From Harriotta raleighana (Eukaryota), in contig JBNZDD010013623.1 in the NCBI GenBank assembly GCA_050575255.1, positions 1,777,817 through 1,841,816 of the forward strand: a stretch of DNA of 64,000 nucleotides, read 5' to 3'. The notes beneath the pieces are model-generated. The model ran no database searches and was not told where the DNA came from. It was given only the letters and a program-made list of their open reading frames with translations. This document shows positions 33,435 through 64,000 of the stretch, in pieces. The first letter of the stretch is position 1, and every line of letters begins with the position of its first letter. The translations under genes and the position numbers were made by a program.

Positions 33435-36400
33435 ATGAAGAGCACCTCGCAGTTCTACCTTACCTACATCTGTTCTCTCTTCCTCGGGCTGTTTTGTGTG
33501 ACATTTGTGATCTACTGGAATAACCATTACAGGGGAGGCTTTGCTTGGGATGGCTCAGGGCAGATGTTTAACTGGCATCCTGTCTGCATGGTGACCGGGC
33601 TTGTTGTTCTCTATGGCAATGGTGAGTTTGTAATGCAAGTTACAGACATTGGTTATCAGTGGCCTTAGGAATAGAAACCTACACATTGATCGGCAAGGTT
33701 TGTATGAGAAGTCTCTCTGTATGGTGTAGCTCATGCTGTTTAGTCCCCACTTTTGTCCATCTTCAGTTCACACATGAAGATCTTCCTCTTTGTCCATGCC
33801 TACAAACATCTTCCCTCTCTCCCTGCTAGATGGCAATTTCTGCCACCGTTTAGCTTCAGATACCACTCTAGCTTCTCTTCCCGTCGCTTTCTGCTTTGCC
33901 TCCTGCCTCATACAACCACATTAGAGGCAGTGCGAAAAGCGAGGGGTAGGCCACTAATGGCCACCCTCCGCACGCACACACACTACACACACACACCATC
34001 CTCATCAGTTTTGTAAAGTGCTTAGATGTATTTATAAAAATGCAATTTATTGTCAGTGTATAACTGCAAAAACAGAAGAAGGCTCAAGGCTATAAAGGTT
34101 ATTATGTACAATACAATACACAGGCTAAGATGGTATCACTCAATAAGTGGCTCAAGGACTACTAGGTGCAAATGTATGGGAATAATTGTATGTGTCTCTG
34201 GCAGCTATCCTCGTGTATCGGCTTCCCTTCACCCAGTCCAGCCACAAGCTGATAGTGAAGCTTACCCACGCTGTCCTGAATCTCCTTGCCTTGTCATTGG
34301 CTGTCATCGGGTTAATTGCGGCGTTTGGATTCCACAATAAGAACCAGATCCCGAACCTATACTCAATCCACAGCTGGGTAGGACTCTCAGCTGTCATCCT
34401 CTTCTGCTTCCAGGTAAGATGCCAGGTCAGGCGTCCCTCCACTGGTGAGAATCTAGTGAATACAACCTCTGTATAAACCTGTGCCGAAATTCATCTATCT
34501 GGTCCTCACATTTAAAGCCCTCCACAACCTCGCCCCACCCTACATCCGTGACCTCCTATCCCCTTACCAACCTGCCCACCCCCTCCGTTCAGTAGACTCT
34601 GGCCTGCTCCACATCCCTGACCCACCCACCCAACCATTGGCGGGCGAGCCTTCAGTCACTATGCCCCCAACCTCTGGAACTCCATCCCAAAGTCCCTTCA
34701 TCTCGCCCCCTCCCTAGCTCCTCTTTGATGGACCCATCAGCAACTCCTTCCCCCACTGTCCTCAGCTTGGGTCTGAAGCAGTAACTGTCCAGCACCTTGG
34801 GATGTCCTCCTGACGTGAAAGGCATTATACAAATGTAGTTTTGTTGTTGTATCTGACTGTGCCTCGGTCAGAGAGAGAGATGGTTTCTATATCTTTCATC
34901 CTCACACCTCTCCTTCCCACCTTGTGTCTGTTGTACTATTTAGGCGCACTGAGATGCTGATGCTGCCCTGTGTGGAGGGCACTATATAAGTCCAAGTTGA
35001 TGTTATTGTATATTAGGCTGTTGCTCTCTTTTTGTGATTACCTATAAAAAGATTTCATTGCTTTCTATTCAGCAATGATTCAAAATACCCACCATTTTAC
35101 ATAGGGAACATTGGCCTTGGTTTGTAGCAAGCCTCCTTCCAATTGCACAACAGCCCTGAAAGATACAGATGCGGGTCTAGTTTCTGTCGTGACTGATCAT
35201 TCTGCCCCGCACAGTTCTAATAATTTTCCCCTCCTCCTCATTGATCCACAGTGGCTTCTGGGGTTCCTGTCATTCCTGCTGCCTTGCACACCACTATGGT
35301 TCCGAGCTGCCTACTTAGACGTCCACGTCTTCTTCGGAATCTGCATTATGGGACTGTCACTCGTTGCGTGCCTCTCAGGAATCAATGAGAAGTTAATTTT
35401 TGTACTGTAAGTGAATGGAATAAAATACCACTGTAATAACTTTGCGCTTATTAGAGAGCTTTTCCCTTCAGAAAGACAATGAAGTGGAGTCCTGTAACTC
35501 AGTGGCTAGAGTGATTGCCTTACAAGCGAGAGACCTGGGTTTAATTCCACGTGGGGTGAAACTCTGGGCAAGTTTCCTTACTCCACACGCCTAATAATAA
35601 TCCTCAAAAAAAACACTAATAATTTGGTCTCTCAATTCACAACAATGTGTGGGACTCTGCTGTGCGCAAATGGTTGCCACATTTCGCCCACAAGTTAATT
35701 CACTTTACAATATATTCGATGAAGTGCTTTGAGACGTCTAGAAGTCGTGAAAAGAGGTGTATCAAAAGCAACGATTATTATTATTGACTGTGTATTTTGA
35801 GGGCAAACACAACAGCTATTTTGCAGCCAAATACACAGCAATGTCCCACAAAGAGCCACGAGATGAGTGAGCACTGATATTTGGGGGATTATTGGCCAGG
35901 ACACTGGATGAAACTCCCAAATGAGAAAAGCTATTAATTGATTGCCTGGCCAAAACTTTTTGTGTAATAGGGGAAATCTTGTAGATACAATGTTCACTTT
36001 GCTTGCAACCAACTCTCTGTAGAATACAGTACTGTATACAGAATCATAGAATCTTACGGCACAAAAGGAGACCATTTGGCCAAACGAGTCTGTGCCGGCT
36101 CTTTAAAAAGAGCAATTTAATCCCACTTCCCAGCTCTCTCCCCATAACCTCATAAACCCGTCCTCCCAAAATAAATGTCTACCTCTCTTTTAAAAGTTGT
36201 TATCGAATCGGCCTCCACCCCCTTTTCAGGCAATGCATTCCAGATTCAAACAACTCGCTGAAGGAAGCGATTGTTTAGTTCCTGGAGGGAGTCCTCCCAC
36301 TGTGGATTGCAATTAACCTTTGTTCTATTCTTCTCTAGAAACGCGGCTAACTCATCCGCTCCATATGCCCAGCTTCCCTCAGAGGCCGTGTATGTCAATG

Positions 36401-37295
36401 TTCTGGGCCTGCTTCTATTGAGCTTTTCAGGGACAGTCGCCTGGATGCTCTACAAGCGTGAATGGCAGCGGAAAACCCCACAAGAGTCTGAGGCTTCACA
36501 GGTAGTTATGGGCAGTGGTGCTGGGGTTGTAGTTCCCTTTGGACCCTAAAGAAATCTCCATACCCATCCCCTTCCTTTTATTTATATTTATAATATAAAT
36601 ATACAGTCCATTTTTCCTACTTTCCTTCCCCCGACCCCTCCCCCCCTACTTGACTGTACAGCACCTTGGGACGTCCTCCCGACGTGAAAGGCGCTATATA
36701 AATAAAATTTAGATTTTGATTGATTCATATACATTAGGGGAGTTGGAATGGGGGAGAAGGGTTGCTGGCAGTTCTTTGAAGTATAATAAACTGGTTGCTC
36801 GGATCTGCCTTCTCTGAACAACTGGGACGTTGAATAAATAATTTTATTCCCTCTTCTCTCCCCTTCCCCCCATCCCCATCCCCATTGTAAAGGCTTCCTG
36901 TAACCCAGCCAAACCCAAATGGATATAATCCTCTGGGCAATGGTGTGTTTATGCCATGCTGTAAGTAGTATTTCACATCACTCTCTGTTGTGGGACATTG
37001 CCACCAAATAGACTCGACGATGCCTCTTCCAAGTGATTGAGTGCACTGGAGCTGTAGTCGAATCAGAGTGACAGAGAGAGAAAGAGAGAGCGTGAACAAA
37101 AGATACTTCCTAATCTCTCCAAAACTTAGAATGCTAGAAATTGCAGCTCAATTGACCTATCATGTCGATTATCTATTGTGCTCGCCCCTTCACTGGAATG
37201 ATCATCTTTGAGTGGATGACATGTGAAGGGTCATAAGTGACTGTCCATGTTTATGTTTTCTCTCTTTTTAGCCCCTTTTGACGGATGAAAATTAA
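33435..37295 (+). CDS. CYB561A3: Lysosomal cytochrome b561 family member A3, 245 aa
   Basis: Exons 33435-33621 (...YRGGFAWDGSGQMFNWHPVCMVTGLVVLYGN), 34205-34413 (...KLTHAVL...NLYSIHSWVG), 35252-35406 (...VHVFFG...SGINEKL), 36339-36501 and 37272-37295 (PLLTDEN*). Four heme-ligand histidines are present. Confidence 0.93.
36043..36262 (-). mobile_element. CR1 LINE 3' end
   Basis: Begins atcatagaatcttacggcacaaaaggagaccatttggcc, the reverse-oriented CR1 tail. Confidence 0.7.
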
Positions 37296-38475
37296 TCAAA
37301 GCTGATTCAGGAATAATTGATACAGTCAAGCCCTTGGCCAAGAATCATGTGCTGGCTTCTTTTAACCAACGAATACAACTGTCTTTGATCTGCCATCAGT
37401 GAAAAGGAGTCAGCTTCTGGGTTGCTGCAAATATCTATTTAGCAATGTTAACCAGTATTGATCCAGTGGCCAGCTCTGGTCAGGATCTGTGTGACTAAGA
37501 TAAGAAGCTGATTGTTTTACTGTAATAGTCCAAGAGGATTGATTATAATAATTGTATAACACACTTTGCATAACACACATGCCACAGTATACTTCACAGG
37601 ATTCACTGTAATGTGCAATGACTGTGTGCTGCAGGTGAATGGATTCCTTGATGATCAACTACCAAATATGATTACTATGTAGCCAAGCTAGTGCCATTCA
37701 TTTAGACTCTTGAGGTATATTCCAATGATAAGTTGTTAAACTGGTAAATTCTTCCTTCCTCTGTTTTATAATGAAGTTCTCTTGAAGAGATTGTGTGGAG
37801 GTGTTCGGTGTCAGAATCACTCCCATCTTTTCAACTCTTTGACCTACTTTGAATCCAGCCCATGTTGATGTAATGCACGTCTCCTGTCAAAGTCGTGAGG
37901 GAGAAATGGATTTTGCTGATCAATGTCAACCATGTGTGTAAATGGTGGACGATGTCTTTGTCCAGCACTGGTCTCCCTCACACTTGAGCACTAAATCCGT
38001 CCCTAGTGGGAGGATGGAGTGGGGAAGAAATGTGTGTATACATATATAATAAGACATGAAAAGCGCTTTATCAAATGCAAGGATTATTATTTTTAACAAC
38101 AAATTACATTTGTATACACTTCATGTCTGCAAGATTCCATAGAAATTATGATCTAGAATCTTTTGATGTACTGAGATGTCATTGAATCTAATTGTCTTTC
38201 AAATGCATTTAATATGTGAACTAGGAAATAATGTGATTCAAACATTTAATGGATGAACTGCACTCTGTCCTTTGATAGTGTTTGCTTGCAATCAGTCTGT
38301 ACATTCAATGTCTGCCACTGAGGAGAGGTAGTGTAAAAGCCCTACATTAAGCTGTTGTGTAAATATCTGGGGATTTTTAGAGCACAGAAATCTATGACAT
38401 AGCAGAAGGCCATTATATCCATTGTGTAGTGACTGTGTTTGCTCCTCCAATGATGGAGACTAAACTCAATTACAT

Positions 38476-38612
38476 CAGTTCTGACGAAGAGTCGTGCAAC
38501 TGAAACGTTGACTCATTTTCCTTTCTCCATGGATGCTGCCTGACCTGCTGAGTTTTCCCAGCAACTTCTGTTTTTGTTTCAGATTTCCAGCATCTGTAGT
38601 ATTTTGTGTTTT
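38476..38612 (+). mobile_element. Penelope-like element terminal fragment with hammerhead-like core
   Basis: cagttCTGACGAag...GAAACGTTgact...gatgctgcctgacctgctgagttttcccagca...agatttccagcatctg, a repeat I recognise from chondrichthyan genomes. Confidence 0.6.
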
Positions 38613-39464
38613 GTCAATTATGTCCTTGTTCACCTGTCCACTCTTCCTACATATATGCCTATCTAATTTCCTTCTGAATTCTTCCAATTAACTCTACTCC
38701 AACCTTTGCCTTTTTGTTCTGCAGCCTGACACTCATTGAGTGAAAAGTCTTGTTAACTTTCACGCTCAGTTATAACCTTAGCTCATATTTACTAATAATA
38801 CATGGCGATTTTGGCTTTTTGTGCAATTGTAGATCCTGGAGAGTGTTTTGCAAGATTTGAGCTTGGGGACTGCAGAGTGTTTGTTGGTGATACTGTTTCT
38901 TTTAACTGGCTAATAAAAACACAATTGGCTTACAATTGAGAGTATTGTCGAGCAAGTTTTCTGCAGCTTCTCTAGCTAGAACCACCCCACTCATTAGGAC
39001 TCAGTAGGAACCCATTTGTTAGTAGTCGATTGGTAGATTGCTTTTCTGGGGTTAATAATTCCTTTTGAATTTTTAAAATAAATTGGTCACATCAATCCTA
39101 GACAGTGGGACACTGCTGTGCATAATTGGCTGAATATACAGAATATGGAGTCATTTCACTTTACAGTATATTCTGTGAAGTGCTTTGAGATGTCTTGATG
39201 ATGTGATAAAACACGATATCAAATGCAAGGATTATTATTAACATCCACCAGAACAGGCAGAGGGCACCTAAGTTTAATGTCTTATCGGAAGGATGGAACC
39301 TCTAACAATGCAGTGTTCCCCTACACTCCAACGGAATGGCAATTTATAGACTGTGAACTAAAAATCGCCAACACGGGGATTAAGACCACCATTTTTTGTT
39401 GTCTTCCTTATTTATAAAGTACTATACTTTTTTTTAACAATTGATCACAGAAGGTGGCATTGCA

Positions 39465-39634
39465 TGCCATAATCAAAGATGGCGCCATGGTCTGCCTTTA
39501 TCAAAGATGGCGATACATGAAGCCACCGTGCAGCTGACTCTGGTCATGTGACTAGCACGGCGGGAGCGCGATTCCGAGGGAACAGGAGGGAGAGTGAAGC
39601 CGAGTTGCTGGCATCGCCTCACAGTTAGGCCGCC
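39465..39634 (+). promoter_or_regulatory. DDB1 promoter and 5' UTR
   Basis: Two YY1 cores AAGATGGCG at 39476-39484 and 39504-39512, E-box GTCATGTGAC at 39543-39552, CpG-rich sequence and strong Kozak GCCGCCATG. Confidence 0.65.
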
Positions 39635-63402
<23,768 letters not shown>

Positions 63403-64000
63403 CGAAGCAGCCGTCTGTTTGTCCTGCGTGTTTGCCGAGTCCCGGGCCTTTGGGGAGCTGCAGTCAATCCTATGCGAACAACAGAAGCAGCTACAGAACA
63501 TCCATAAAATGAGCCAATAATAACACTGAGTTTGCTGCCTCTCAGCTGGAGCTGGGGTTCATCACTCTGCCCTGTTTTGGGACGACCTGCTGCATTAGCA
63601 CATCTTCACCAGTGGAATGGAAGCTTTCAGAAATTGCAACTGTGAGCGTTCTCCTCGTACCCACCATTACCCAAGGCCACAATTTCCATTTAAACCCAGG
63701 CTGCAGAGGGCTCTGTCCCCCATTGTTGCCGCTCACAGTGAGAAGAATGTGTCCTTTTACCAAGCTCCCGCGCTCATCGAACAAGCACTCTACTGCCTAT
63801 AAATGACCAGCAGTGACTGTGTGTGCGTGTTGTTTGTGTGAGTGAGTGAGTGCTGTAGGTCCTTGTGAGAACTCCCCAGCTTCAGCCCTGGGCAAACCAC
63901 AAATGTTATTGTAAGTGGGCAGATCTCTTATAGTTATTCCCGAGATGCAAACTACACCGGTGCCCCGGTATGCTTAGTTGTGGAATTGTGTGGTGCTGTA

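Overview
Vertebrate genomic DNA, most likely a cartilaginous fish such as a chimaera (inferred from repeat content and the TMEM138-TMEM216-TMEM80 tandem cluster). The ORF track is mostly noise because the genes are multi-exon; I rebuilt the exons by hand from splice sites and reading frame. Left to right: last two exons of SDHAF2 (+), TMEM80 (-), TMEM216 (-), TMEM138 (-), ARMC7 (-), CYB561A3 (+) and a complete 27-exon DDB1 (+). The most notable signal concerns the minor (U12) spliceosome. TMEM80 and TMEM216 each need a 23-nt or 17-nt microexon followed by a U12-type GT-AG intron at the same position, and each has a possible in-frame major-spliceosome bypass acceptor inside that intron. DDB1 carries a U12 AT-AC intron, and ARMC7, a minor-spliceosome protein gene, sits inside the cluster. 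Two 1.1-1.3 kb tandem duplications joined by a single N are very likely assembly artefacts. The rest is tRNA-derived SINEs, L2/CR1 LINE remnants, two MITEs and a Penelope-like fragment with a hammerhead-like core. Comparisons with human genes are from memory and were not computed.
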